Source of the DNA: Candidatus Saccharimonadota bacterium
GTDB taxonomy: Bacteria; Patescibacteriota; Saccharimonadia; Saccharimonadales; Saccharimonadaceae
Direction of reading: 5' to 3'
Length of the DNA: 37,346 nucleotides
NCBI GenBank assembly: GCA_017964115.1
Contig: JAGCSL010000090.1
Span: forward strand, 1-37,346
Of this stretch, positions 15,631 through 23,675 are shown in pieces. The position numbers and the translations under genes are program-made. The notes under the pieces were generated by a model. The model was not told the DNA's origin and did not search any database. It saw only the letters and a list, made by a program, of their open reading frames with translations. Position 1 is the first letter of the stretch. Each line of letters begins with the position of its first letter.

Positions 15631-16338
15631 ATGCAAGATCAACAACAAATGCCCGTAATGCCAGTAAATAAGGCGCCAAAAGATAGTAATAAAAGTTTAG
15701 TCGTGATTTTGATTGTTTTGATTGTAGCGATTATTATCGCAGCAATAGTAGCGGTGATTGTGATAATTAATGTTAATAAAGAAGTAAGAGGCAATGAAGT
15801 AAGCCAGACGAAAGATGCCGTTGAGGCTGAGGATGATAAAGAACCTAAGTCTGAGCCAGAACCAACAGAAAAACCCGAAGAAGAGAAAAAAACTGATCCG
15901 AACGTTTTGATTATTCGCCGTAGAGATGCGCAGAGAGAAGATGACCTGGCGAGAATGATAACTGCGTCTAATATGTATCAAGCCAATAATAATGGAAAGT
16001 TGCCATTTAGTGATGGCGAAATTAATAAAAATTTTATTAAGAGATATATTGATTCAAAGGTTGAAACAACGGATGGGTTGAATGTGACGAAATGTGGCGA
16101 TGAGTTTAAAGACCCGAACGGAAAATGTTATAGCTTTGCGAAGCCAGTGATGTTGAAATCAAATAAAAAAGATGCACTGAAGGGCGTAACGACAGTAAAT
16201 AACAAATTTTATGTGTTTATTCAGGCTATATGTGGCGACAATGGGGAGGTCGAGTATAGAAATGGCACCAGAATTTTCGCGATAATGTACAAATTAGAGA
16301 TGGACAAGGAAACCATTGCCTGCAACGATAATTACTAA
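15631..16338 (+). CDS. Membrane-anchored paralog of the pilin globular domain (no prepilin motif)
   Basis: SD GGGAGG. N-terminal TM helix plus an acidic/Lys-rich linker. From QREDDLARMITASNMYQANNNGKLPF to the C-terminal IACNDNY it parallels the pilin (QREDDLARIITGVNNYQTNNNGKVPF ... IACNDNH). Confidence 0.75.
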   Translation: MQDQQQMPVMPVNKAPKDSNKSLVVILIVLIVAIIIAAIVAVIVIINVNKEVRGNEVSQTKDAVEAEDDKEPKSEPEPTEKPEEEKKTDPNVLIIRRRDAQREDDLARMITASNMYQANNNGKLPFSDGEINKNFIKRYIDSKVETTDGLNVTKCGDEFKDPNGKCYSFAKPVMLKSNKKDALKGVTTVNNKFYVFIQAICGDNGEVEYRNGTRIFAIMYKLEMDKETIACNDNY

Positions 16339-16401
16339 TCTTGACATTTTGGCTTTTCGATGTGTTTTTCTCGGTGTATAATGTGAAAAAGGGAGAAAAA
16401 C

Positions 16402-17016
16402 ATGGCAGATAAAAAAGAAGCCAAAAAGAAAATTGGCAAAGCTACTGCAAAGATTGCGAGCGAGAAGAGCGCAACTGCAGCAAATATCGGTTTTACTAAG
16501 GAAAATAATCCGAATAACTTAATTCAGCGAACGCTGATTGTATTTAAGCCGGATGCTGTACAGCGTGGTATCGTGGGCGAAATTTTGAGTCGCTTTGAGC
16601 GTGTTGGTTTGAAGATTGTCGGCGCAAAGATGGTTAGTCCAGATAAAGACCATTATTATCAGCACTACGAAGGCATTTCGAAGATGATTTCGCGCCGTGG
16701 TCAAAAGACTTTCGACATCACATTGAAGTTCATGACTTCTGGCCCAGTAATTGCAATGGTGCTTGAGGGCGTGGAAGCAGTGCCATTAGTACGCAAGATG
16801 GTTGGTTCGACTGAGCCAATGGCAGCTGATATGGGTACGATTCGTGGCGATTATGCTCACGTCTCATTCGGTTACGCCGATGCGCATGACGAGGCTGTTC
16901 CGAATCTAATTCACGCCTCAGGTAATCCGGAAGAAGCTGAAGCGGAAGTTTCCTACTGGTTTAAGCCAGAAGAAATTCAGATGTATCATACTTTGAGCGA
17001 AAAGTTTACACGCTAA
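16402..17016 (+). CDS. ndk: Nucleoside-diphosphate kinase with N-terminal extension
   Basis: RTLIVFKPDAVQRGIVGEILSRFE, GSTEP...GTIRGDY, active-site His in NLIHASG. SD GGGAG at 16391-16395. Confidence 0.88.
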   Translation: MADKKEAKKKIGKATAKIASEKSATAANIGFTKENNPNNLIQRTLIVFKPDAVQRGIVGEILSRFERVGLKIVGAKMVSPDKDHYYQHYEGISKMISRRGQKTFDITLKFMTSGPVIAMVLEGVEAVPLVRKMVGSTEPMAADMGTIRGDYAHVSFGYADAHDEAVPNLIHASGNPEEAEAEVSYWFKPEEIQMYHTLSEKFTR

Positions 17017-17027
17017 AGGTTTTATAA

Positions 17028-17057
17028 GCGCGCCTCTCTTTAGAGGTGCGCTTTTTT
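17028..17057 (+). terminator. Intrinsic terminator after ndk
   Basis: GCGCGCCTCT(17028-17037)/AGAGGTGCGC(17042-17051), followed by T6. Confidence 0.85.
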
Positions 17058-17058
17058 A

Positions 17059-17067
17059 TGGTAAAAT
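17059..17067 (+). promoter_or_regulatory. Extended -10 for tRNA-Arg
   Basis: TGG-TAAAAT (17059-17067), 10 nt before the mature tRNA 5' end. Confidence 0.5.
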
Positions 17068-17077
17068 ATGGCTACGT

Positions 17078-17153
17078 GGCCCAGTAGCTCAATGGATAGA
17101 GCAGCTCCGTCCTAAGGAGAAGGTTGTGCGTTCGACTCGCTCCTGGGCTACCA
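17078..17153 (+). tRNA. tRNA-Arg (anticodon CCT), CCA encoded
   Basis: Manual cloverleaf: acceptor GGCCCAG/CTGGGCT, D-arm GCTC/GAGC, anticodon loop GTCCTAA, T-loop TTCGACT, 3' ACCA. Confidence 0.85.
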
Positions 17154-17192
17154 AAAAGAAATCACGTACATGTCGCGATTTCTTTTTGTTTT
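17153..17192 (+). terminator. Terminator after tRNA-Arg
   Basis: 11-bp stem AAAAAGAAATC(17153-17163)/GATTTCTTTTT(17177-17187), followed by gttttt. Confidence 0.7.
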
Positions 17193-17234
17193 TATCAGTG
17201 GCGATAGTGGGGTGGGGCGAACAAGAGACGCTTA

Positions 17235-17243
17235 TGGTAAAAT
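17235..17243 (+). promoter_or_regulatory. Extended -10, leaderless start for the 17250 gene
   Basis: TGG-TAAAAT (17235-17243), then 6 nt, then ATG 17250. Confidence 0.55.
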
Positions 17244-17249
17244 ATAGAT

Positions 17250-17738
17250 ATGGCATCGACGTTTGAAGGCCAGAGGAAAGATGAAGAAGTAGTCTATGTT
17301 TTTAGGCGGCATATTTTGACGTCGATTAAAGGTTTTCTATTCCTAGTTTTTATGACGGCCGTGGGCTTCGTGCCGAAGTTAATATGGCCAGATAATCAGA
17401 ATATGGTATTCGTATGGATGGCTTTTGTAATTGTAGGACTATTAGGGTTAGGCTACAGTTATTTGCTGTGGTATTTTAGCTTTTATATTGTAACTAATCA
17501 GAGATTGCGTCAGACGCGACAAAAAGGGCTGTTTAAGAAGACTGTAGTAGATTTGAGTTTAGAAAACATTCAAAGTGCTTCATTTGGAGTGCCGGGGATG
17601 TTTGGTTCAATGTTTAATTATGGGACGATTTTGATTCAGACGGGTGCGGGCGATCTGGTGCTTAGCATGGTGAGCCACCCTGAAACCGTGTATAATGAAA
17701 TAGAGAATGCGCGACACGGCGCGCAACCAAAAGAATAG
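17250..17738 (+). CDS. Bacterial PH-domain (YdbS/YdbT-like) membrane protein
   Basis: Two TM helices followed by TNQRLRQTRQKGLFKKTVVDLSLENIQS...GTILIQT, typical of bPH_2 domains. Confidence 0.7.
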   Translation: MASTFEGQRKDEEVVYVFRRHILTSIKGFLFLVFMTAVGFVPKLIWPDNQNMVFVWMAFVIVGLLGLGYSYLLWYFSFYIVTNQRLRQTRQKGLFKKTVVDLSLENIQSASFGVPGMFGSMFNYGTILIQTGAGDLVLSMVSHPETVYNEIENARHGAQPKE

Positions 17739-17741
17739 ATT

Positions 17742-18833
17742 ATGAGCAAATTTATTGAAAATATTAAAGAGCGTCGCTCGAAGAAAAAGAATATCAATAT
17801 TACGCAGCAAAATCTGGAAGAAAGCCGCGAAGAGATTTTGACGAAAGGGAAGAAATTTAAATATCCTTTTCAGTATGCGAAGCACCGTATTGTAATATCG
17901 GCGATTGCGATTGCGGTGGTGGCGATAGCAACTTTTGTCGGAATTGGTTGGTATCAGCTATATAAGGCACAAAACACTGGCGAAGTAATGTATCGTTTTA
18001 CGAAGGTGTTGGGCTTACCAGTAGCGGAAATTGATGGCCATAAGGTTCTGTATAGTGATTATCTAATGCTTTATCGTAGCAGTATTACTTCGATTGAGCG
18101 TCAGCGTGGTAAACTCGACGATAGCGACGAAGAAATTAAGGCCTTGAAGGTATTTTATAAGCGTCAAGCGCTGAACGATGCGGAAATGTATGCCTATGTT
18201 TTGGCGGAGCTGGAAGCGCGCAATTTAACAGTTTCGGCTTCAGAAATCGATGAGGTGATTGATGGCCATAAGAGCATTGATGGCGAGAAACGCAGCGACG
18301 AAGCCTTTGAGGGTATTGTGCGCGATAATTTTGGCTTGAATATGTCGGAATATCGCCGACTGATTATGCTATCGTTAGCAAAGCGAAAATTATCGGTCGA
18401 AATTGATGAAGATGCCAAGAAGGCCGCGGAAGAGGTGGAAGATGCTTTACGTGCACACGGGAACAATTTTTCTAAAGTGGCAGATATTATGAAGAATAAT
18501 GATCTGATTAGCTATGAGGCGGCGGGTAATGCAGTGGAAGTCTCGAATTTAGATAGTGGACGTGCAGAAGTGGCAATGAAGCTAGAAAAGAAGGGGGATG
18601 TATCGGAGCGCTTCATTTCGAAGAATGGTGATGGGTATTATTATGTGCGTTTGGTGGCTAAAGACGACAAGAAGGTAAGCTATGAGACGATTTCAATTCG
18701 CTTCTCAAAGGTAGATAACGACGTGCAGAAACTGCGCGATGACGGTAAGGTGACTGAGAATATTGAAGTGAAGATTGATGCAAGCGATGAGGAATCGGCA
18801 ACCGAAAGCCCCGATTCAAAAGAAAACGAATAA
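17742..18833 (+). CDS. Membrane-anchored protein, SurA-N/PpiD-like chaperone domain (tentative)
   Basis: Starts 3 nt after the upstream stop. One TM helix, then a helical domain (VAEIDGHKVLYSDYLMLYRS...) resembling SurA N-terminal domains. Acidic tail. Confidence 0.55.
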   Translation: MSKFIENIKERRSKKKNINITQQNLEESREEILTKGKKFKYPFQYAKHRIVISAIAIAVVAIATFVGIGWYQLYKAQNTGEVMYRFTKVLGLPVAEIDGHKVLYSDYLMLYRSSITSIERQRGKLDDSDEEIKALKVFYKRQALNDAEMYAYVLAELEARNLTVSASEIDEVIDGHKSIDGEKRSDEAFEGIVRDNFGLNMSEYRRLIMLSLAKRKLSVEIDEDAKKAAEEVEDALRAHGNNFSKVADIMKNNDLISYEAAGNAVEVSNLDSGRAEVAMKLEKKGDVSERFISKNGDGYYYVRLVAKDDKKVSYETISIRFSKVDNDVQKLRDDGKVTENIEVKIDASDEESATESPDSKENE

Positions 18834-18860
18834 AAAATCCCCCCAAATGGGGGGCTTTTT
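18832..18860. terminator. Bidirectional terminator between convergent genes
   Basis: CCCCCC(18839-18844)/GGGGGG(18849-18854) with AAAT loop, flanked by A6 and T5. Confidence 0.8.
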
Positions 18861-18861
18861 G

Positions 18862-19590
18862 TTACTTCGTGTTGAAATGGTACATAGCGATACTGGCGGC
18901 GACAGATAGATTAAGGCTATCGACTTGTGACGATTGCGGGATAAAAATAGGGGTGGTAATTCGGGCAAAATCCTGTGGAAGGCCAGAAGCTTCGTTGCCA
19001 AAAATAAGAGCGTAGTTGTTGTCTTTGGGCGCTATAGCGTTAAGTGTCTGTGTGCGCTCGTCCAGCATGAATGAGTAGAATTCGCGATTGTCCGATTGAG
19101 TAGCTAGATAATCGTCGAAAGATTGAAACTGCTCAATATTAAGATGGAAGATTGCGCCCATGGATGCGCGGATGGTTTTGGGGTCGTATGGATCGACGGC
19201 AGGAGTGATAATGGCGATATTTCGATAATTGAAAGCAGCAGCGCTACGCATAATGGTACCAAGATTGCCGGCATCAGAAGGATTGACGAGCACGATATGT
19301 GGTGTGTTTGTGTCATGATCTAATTTCGGACTCGGTTTAGCAAACTCGGCGATAAGAAGGCAATTATCCTTAGCGTTAAGAATATTGAAAGCCTTGGATG
19401 ATTCGATGATTTCGAGATGTTTGTGGCGGAATTCAGTAAGAATTTTCTCGAGGTCGTCGCCATGTTTAATGTTTGGGCGCAAAAAGACGCGTTGGATTAA
19501 TAGAGGATTAGTTTTGAGCAGTTCATAGCTAAGAGTGGCGCCGAGAGCGTAAGAAAAAGGAGAATCGTGCTTATAACGAGAAAGCTTCAT
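18862..19590 (-). CDS. SpoU/TrmH-family RNA 2'-O-methyltransferase
   Basis: NPSDAGNLGTIMRSAAAF, LIFGNEASGL, SLNLSVAASIAMYH (SPOUT motifs 1-3). Confidence 0.85.
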   Translation of the reverse strand: MKLSRYKHDSPFSYALGATLSYELLKTNPLLIQRVFLRPNIKHGDDLEKILTEFRHKHLEIIESSKAFNILNAKDNCLLIAEFAKPSPKLDHDTNTPHIVLVNPSDAGNLGTIMRSAAAFNYRNIAIITPAVDPYDPKTIRASMGAIFHLNIEQFQSFDDYLATQSDNREFYSFMLDERTQTLNAIAPKDNNYALIFGNEASGLPQDFARITTPIFIPQSSQVDSLNLSVAASIAMYHFNTK

Positions 19591-19598
19591 ATACTTTA

Positions 19599-19607
19599 AT
19601 TATACCA
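19599..19607 (-). promoter_or_regulatory. Extended -10 for the TrmH-like gene
   Basis: Minus strand reads TGG-TATAAT (19607-19599), then 8 nt, then ATG 19590. Confidence 0.5.
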
Positions 19608-19630
19608 CAAAATGCTTATTTTTGCAATAG

Positions 19631-20626
19631 CTAGTAGCGTGGGAGGGCTTCGGTAGAATCTTCGATGGTGCGGAAGGAACCAGTGACGCGGTAGCTGATA
19701 TTATCAGTACGAACAATGACATATGACCAAGTTGAGACGGTGTAATCTGGGTTACAAGTACCACCATCAGCAACATAGGTTGAGTAAGGGCTTTTCTTGA
19801 GAGCGCAATAGGCAGGGAAATTTGCTGCCTTAGCGGCTTTAATCTGCGTAGCTAATTTTGATTGGTCGAATAGATAGCTATAGGTAGTATCGCAGAGGTA
19901 GCTATCGGCGTTGGTCATTTTCTTGATAGAGTAATCAGCGTGGCAGTAGAAGCGCTCAATGCGAACCTTTTCGAAGTTTGGCGCGTCGGCCTTTTTATTA
20001 GTGTTGAGATAAGTGCTAAGTGCGACTGAAATGTTCGGCATAATTGAATCAAGCTGAAGAGCATCAAAATAAACAGTGGTCTTATTATTGCTCATTTTGT
20101 CGCTGGTTTTGACGAGATAGTCGCCGGTGATCTGGAAGCTTTCGCCGTTGCTGAGCGTGATAGCCTTATCGTTGACGGTATAAGTGCCAGGATCGGTGCT
20201 GGCCTGAAGCTTGAGACGATCTTCGACTGGACTACGATAATATGAGAACTCGTACTTGGATTCACTCGTGAAGGTGATATATTCGTCAAAAGCGGAATTA
20301 ACCGTAAAGGTGCGACCAGCGAGGGTGTTTTTGAGAATATCCGCCTCGGAGCCTTTTGGTATATCGATCTCGGAAAGACGAGTGGAAAGTGGCGCAGTCA
20401 TGACGTGAGTGTCAACTGGCTTGTCTTGCGGTTTCATCTTGTCGATAACGATGAAAATAATTAGCCCCAGGGCAATAACGCCAAATACGATAGCTAGAAT
20501 CATTCCGAGTGGACTAGCTTTTTTGGCGGTAGGCGGAACTGGGGTAGTTTGATAATTCATTGGACTCTGCTGAGGCATCTGATTTGGAGCCATAGCAGGT
20601 TGAGCTTGCATATTATTCGGTTGCAT
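19631..20626 (-). CDS. Hypothetical membrane-anchored protein (331 aa) with Q/P/M-rich N-terminus
   Basis: ORF track runs to 20809 but would overlap tRNA-Gly. ATG 20626 is preceded by TGc-TAAAAT (20645-20637). One TM helix and a Cys-containing ectodomain. Confidence 0.7.
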   Translation of the reverse strand: MQPNNMQAQPAMAPNQMPQQSPMNYQTTPVPPTAKKASPLGMILAIVFGVIALGLIIFIVIDKMKPQDKPVDTHVMTAPLSTRLSEIDIPKGSEADILKNTLAGRTFTVNSAFDEYITFTSESKYEFSYYRSPVEDRLKLQASTDPGTYTVNDKAITLSNGESFQITGDYLVKTSDKMSNNKTTVYFDALQLDSIMPNISVALSTYLNTNKKADAPNFEKVRIERFYCHADYSIKKMTNADSYLCDTTYSYLFDQSKLATQIKAAKAANFPAYCALKKSPYSTYVADGGTCNPDYTVSTWSYVIVRTDNISYRVTGSFRTIEDSTEALPRY

Positions 20627-20702
20627 AATTACCTTTATTTTAGCATAAACGGAATAGAAAAAGTACATGTTTAGGCCGAGAGAGCGCTCTGCTGATGCGA
20701 AG

Positions 20703-20725
20703 AATAAAAAATAACCCGATGGGTT
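20703..20725 (-). terminator. Terminator after tRNA-Gly
   Basis: ATAACCC(20709-20715)/GGGTTAT(20719-20725). The plus-strand A-run 20704-20708 is the U-tract on the minus strand. Confidence 0.65.
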
Positions 20726-20736
20726 ATGTTTTATGC

Positions 20737-20811
20737 TTTGGTGCGGGTGGAGAGAGTCGAACTCTCGTCTCATCCTTGGGAAGGATACATAATAGCCGTT
20801 ATACGACACCC
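20737..20811 (-). tRNA. tRNA-Gly (anticodon CCC), CCA encoded
   Basis: The reverse complement folds as acceptor GCGGGTG/CACCCGC, anticodon loop TTCCCAA, T-arm GAGAG-TTCGACT-CTCTC, 3' ACCA. Confidence 0.85.
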
Positions 20812-20822
20812 GCGCTAGGTAT

Positions 20823-20831
20823 ATTTTAACA
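20823..20831 (-). promoter_or_regulatory. Extended -10 for tRNA-Gly
   Basis: Minus strand reads TGt-TAAAAT, 11 nt before the tRNA 5' end. Confidence 0.45.
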
Positions 20832-20850
20832 CAAAATGCATTAAGGGATT

Positions 20851-20859
20851 TGTTATGAT
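20851..20859 (+). promoter_or_regulatory. Extended -10, leaderless start for the 20866 gene
   Basis: TGt-TATGAT (20851-20859), then 6 nt, then ATG 20866. Confidence 0.5.
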
Positions 20860-20865
20860 AGAAGT

Positions 20866-21375
20866 ATGAGTGAAAAGAAGAAAGAAAGCAACAAACAATT
20901 TAAGATAGCGGCAATAATAATAGGGGCGATTGCGGTCGTAATAGCAATTGTCGCCGTGATAGTGTTTGGAATAGGCTCTTCGAGGCATGAACGAAACGGG
21001 GGGATAGTAAGTTTTTCGTATAGTCATGGTAGTGGGATGGGCGGATATGTTGATTACACGCTTAAGAAGCAAGATAATTTAGCGTTGTATTCGGCAAAAT
21101 GTATGGGCTGTATGATTAATTTTGATGTAAATAAGACAATCGATAGCTCATATTTAGGGAAAATAGCGGACATTGTTAAAAAATATGAGATGGGCAAATG
21201 GGACGGCTTCAATGAAAGCGATGATGGCGTATTGGATGGAAGTGGTTTTACGTTAAAAATCGAATACGATGACGAAAGGAAGATTGAGGCACATGGATAC
21301 ATGAAGTATCCGAGCAATTACCGTGAAGCGACGGAGGAATTGACTAATCTTCTAGACGAAATAAGAGAAGAATAA
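20866..21375 (+). CDS. Hypothetical single-pass membrane protein (169 aa)
   Basis: N-terminal Lys-rich segment plus a TM helix. The ectodomain motif FSYSHGSGMGGYVDYTLKKQDN is shared with the 22684-23118 product. Confidence 0.7.
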   Translation: MSEKKKESNKQFKIAAIIIGAIAVVIAIVAVIVFGIGSSRHERNGGIVSFSYSHGSGMGGYVDYTLKKQDNLALYSAKCMGCMINFDVNKTIDSSYLGKIADIVKKYEMGKWDGFNESDDGVLDGSGFTLKIEYDDERKIEAHGYMKYPSNYREATEELTNLLDEIREE

Positions 21376-21384
21376 TAAAACATT

Positions 21385-21412
21385 AAAAAGATCTCCGCTA
21401 GGAGATTTTTTT
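21385..21412. terminator. Bidirectional terminator (20866 gene / tRNA-Asp)
   Basis: ATCTCC(21391-21396)/GGAGAT(21401-21406) with GCTA loop, extended by flanking A-run and T-run. Confidence 0.75.
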
Positions 21413-21414
21413 AA

Positions 21415-21491
21415 TGGCGGGCCCGACGCGACTCGAACGCGCGACCTCCTCCGTGACAGGGAGGCGCTCTAACCAACTGAGCTACGAGCCC
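21415..21491 (-). tRNA. tRNA-Asp (anticodon GTC), CCA encoded
   Basis: The reverse complement is GGGCTCGTAGCTCAGTTGGTTAGAGCG-CCTCC-CTGTCAC-GGAGG..., with T-loop TTCGAGT and 3' GCCA. Confidence 0.9.
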
Positions 21492-21502
21492 TTGTGTTGA
21501 TA

Positions 21503-21531
21503 AGTATATACGAAAGTGGGCGGAATTGCAA
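21503..21531 (-). promoter_or_regulatory. Promoter for tRNA-Asp
   Basis: Minus strand reads TTGCAA (21531-21526) - 17 nt - TATACT (21508-21503), 11 nt before the tRNA 5' end. Confidence 0.5.
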
Positions 21532-21623
21532 GTGCTTTTGCACTGGTTTGACCTCTGTGGCTAAAGATGAGACAATGAAGTAGCACCTTAAAAACTCCGA
21601 TCTTCGCGAAAGGGGGAATCTAA

Positions 21624-22529
21624 ATGAAGCGAAGTAGATATAAAATAGTTGTGATTATTGTATGCTTGATCTTGGTAGGCATAATGGGGAGGTATTTTGC
21701 TAAAAGGATAACGACGCCAATTGCATCGATTCGAGTCGACGAGATGACGCCGCTAGCCTTAGAGCTAGTTTATAGGGGGAATAAACCGCAGGGAATAAGC
21801 TCAGTGCAGAGTATGGCGGCAACCGATGATTATTATATTATCGCGGGGAGGCCGTTTGGTACGAAAAAGCAGGGCGGTGAGACGAACAATAAGCTGATTA
21901 TCATTGATCGAAAAGAGTCGCGTGACGTAACGGAGGATTTTTTGAGCTCAGATGCAACTTTTGAGCTTGGACATGCGAACGGGATGACCTATGATCCTAT
22001 AAATAACGAGTTGATTGTGGTTGGAATTCGAAATGAGCAAGACGAATGCGATGGTGTAGCACGGATAGATGTAGAAAGTTTTGCGGAACGTGGACAGTGG
22101 AGTTTACCTTGTGTAGGAAATGGAATTGCTTATAACAATGTAGACGATACGTTCGTTGTGCGAGACGGTAAGAATTTGAGCGTATTGGACCGTGGTTTCT
22201 CGAAGGTATTGTTCGAGTATGAAGTAGCGACCGATCTGACAAACCAAGATATTTGTTACTATGACGGATGTCTATATTTGGTAAATTGGGCCTACGACGG
22301 TCAAGCGGCGCGTTCGGTGGGGATAAAAACTAACCAGAACGTGATATATCAGGTTGATATGCGCAATAATTGCGCTGTCCGTGCGTTTGTAGTATGTGAG
22401 CCGAGATTAGAGATGGAAAGTATGATTTTCGTAGACGGCGAAGCCTACGTATTATTCAATGGCGGAGGCAGTAGATACTGGTATTTCTATATCTATCGAG
22501 TATTGTTTAATGAGAATGACCTGAAGTGA
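21624..22529 (+). CDS. Hypothetical membrane-anchored protein, probable beta-propeller-like ectodomain (301 aa)
   Basis: SD aggggga. N-terminal TM helix. Repeated strand-like blocks (DDYYIIAG, GMTYDPINNELIVVG, GIAYNNVDDTFVVRDG, CYYDGCLYLVNW). TGA stop followed by a hairpin. Confidence 0.65.
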   Translation: MKRSRYKIVVIIVCLILVGIMGRYFAKRITTPIASIRVDEMTPLALELVYRGNKPQGISSVQSMAATDDYYIIAGRPFGTKKQGGETNNKLIIIDRKESRDVTEDFLSSDATFELGHANGMTYDPINNELIVVGIRNEQDECDGVARIDVESFAERGQWSLPCVGNGIAYNNVDDTFVVRDGKNLSVLDRGFSKVLFEYEVATDLTNQDICYYDGCLYLVNWAYDGQAARSVGIKTNQNVIYQVDMRNNCAVRAFVVCEPRLEMESMIFVDGEAYVLFNGGGSRYWYFYIYRVLFNENDLK

Positions 22530-22539
22530 GGAGTTGGAG

Positions 22540-22567
22540 AGAGCCTAGCATAGCGCTAGGCTCTTTA
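22540..22567 (+). terminator. Stem-loop after the 21624-22529 gene
   Basis: AGAGCCTAGC(22540-22549)/GCTAGGCTCT(22555-22564), followed by a short T-run. Confidence 0.6.
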
Positions 22568-22576
22568 TCTTGAATG

Positions 22577-22585
22577 TGTTATAAT
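22577..22585 (+). promoter_or_regulatory. Extended -10 for tRNA-Thr
   Basis: TGt-TATAAT (22577-22585), 13 nt before the tRNA 5' end. Confidence 0.5.
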
Positions 22586-22598
22586 CATTGGTACGGAC

Positions 22599-22674
22599 GC
22601 CGTTGTAGCTCAGCTGGCAGAGCAGCTCATTCGTAACGAGCAGGTCGCTGGTTCGATCCCAGTCAACGGCTCCA
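22599..22674 (+). tRNA. tRNA-Thr (anticodon CGT), CCA encoded
   Basis: Acceptor GCCGTTG/CAACGGC, D-arm GCTC/GAGC, anticodon loop TTCGTAA, T-arm GCTGG-TTCGATC-CCAGT, 3' TCCA followed by a T-run. Confidence 0.9.
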
Positions 22675-22683
22675 TTTTTTTGT

Positions 22684-23118
22684 TTAGTCCATTAAGAACA
22701 TTGGCATAAATTCTTCGATAGAATAAGTTTTGTCGCTATTTGGTATTGTGACAAATGAGTAGGCGTTGTTTTCTTTAGCGACCGTAAATACATTGTCCGT
22801 CCACTGAACCGAGCCACGTTTAGTGATCTTATGAACCCATTCGCTGCTCCCCCATTCTTTAGTGGTGCTGGTAACGTTTATATAATCAAAACCAGAGTTG
22901 GCGTGGCCGTTGTCTTGCTTGTAAATATATGTTTCGTAGGTTCTTTCACCAGAGCCGCCATGAAAAATGGCAATGTAATTATCTGGAATCGTATCACTAG
23001 TTTGGCTATTCTTGCTATTAATTATAAAAAAAGCAGCAATGACGGCGCCGATAATAGCAAGGATGGCAATGACTATCCAAATGATTATCTTATTATTCTT
23101 TTTTGATGTACGTTTCAT
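22684..23118 (-). CDS. Hypothetical single-pass membrane protein (144 aa)
   Basis: Lys-rich N-terminus plus a TM helix. IFHGGSGERTYETYIYKQDN resembles the 20866 product. The start abuts the upstream stop (TAA-ATG). Confidence 0.7.
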   Translation of the reverse strand: MKRTSKKNNKIIIWIVIAILAIIGAVIAAFFIINSKNSQTSDTIPDNYIAIFHGGSGERTYETYIYKQDNGHANSGFDYINVTSTTKEWGSSEWVHKITKRGSVQWTDNVFTVAKENNAYSFVTIPNSDKTYSIEEFMPMFLMD

Positions 23119-23628
23119 TTAATTACTCCTATTATTTTCTATATTAGTTGGCGTTTCCCAATCAGATAGATTGAGATTTTTGAGCTTTTCTCTTGGAATA
23201 ATAGCAACAAAATACCAGAAGGCCATATCGTCAGTGCCGATTTCTGGTGAGTCTGTTTTAATTTCGAAATTGACGGTGTCATGGTCGAAATTGACGGCGG
23301 ACAGTTGGTGCTGGACGCTACCGGAATTGGCCGGTTGTACCATAATAAAAATGTCATTTGCGTTTAAATAACTAGCATCAAGACTTAGCGTATCTGAATA
23401 GAGCGCATAAAAAGCATCGAGATCGACAGTGGATCTGATGCGATATTTTGTGGTAGCCGGCGCATTTTCGAAGTATTCATGGGTCTGCAATTCGTATTTA
23501 ATGATTTTACTGTCGGTTTTAGGAAGATTGAGGCCGCTGTAATGATAATAAAGCCAAGCGGAACATCCGCCGATGACAATTAATAATATTACGGCGATGA
23601 TAGCAGTGATTTTTTGATTAATCCGCAT
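23119..23628 (-). CDS. Hypothetical membrane-anchored or lipoprotein-like protein (169 aa)
   Basis: N-terminal hydrophobic helix ending in the lipobox-like VIGGC. Beta-rich ectodomain. First gene of a 2-gene minus-strand unit. Confidence 0.7.
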   Translation of the reverse strand: MRINQKITAIIAVILLIVIGGCSAWLYYHYSGLNLPKTDSKIIKYELQTHEYFENAPATTKYRIRSTVDLDAFYALYSDTLSLDASYLNANDIFIMVQPANSGSVQHQLSAVNFDHDTVNFEIKTDSPEIGTDDMAFWYFVAIIPREKLKNLNLSDWETPTNIENNRSN

Positions 23629-23634
23629 AACTGT

Positions 23635-23643
23635 ATTTTAACA
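23635..23643 (-). promoter_or_regulatory. Extended -10, leaderless start for the 23628 gene
   Basis: Minus strand reads TGt-TAAAAT (23643-23635), then 6 nt, then ATG 23628. Confidence 0.5.
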
Positions 23644-23675
23644 TAAGCGATTGGCTATTATATAATATAGGTATT

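Noticed and set aside
19631-20809. Full 392-aa ORF from the track
   Set aside because: Its first 61 codons overlap tRNA-Gly (20737-20811) and its terminator. The internal ATG 20626 has its own extended -10.
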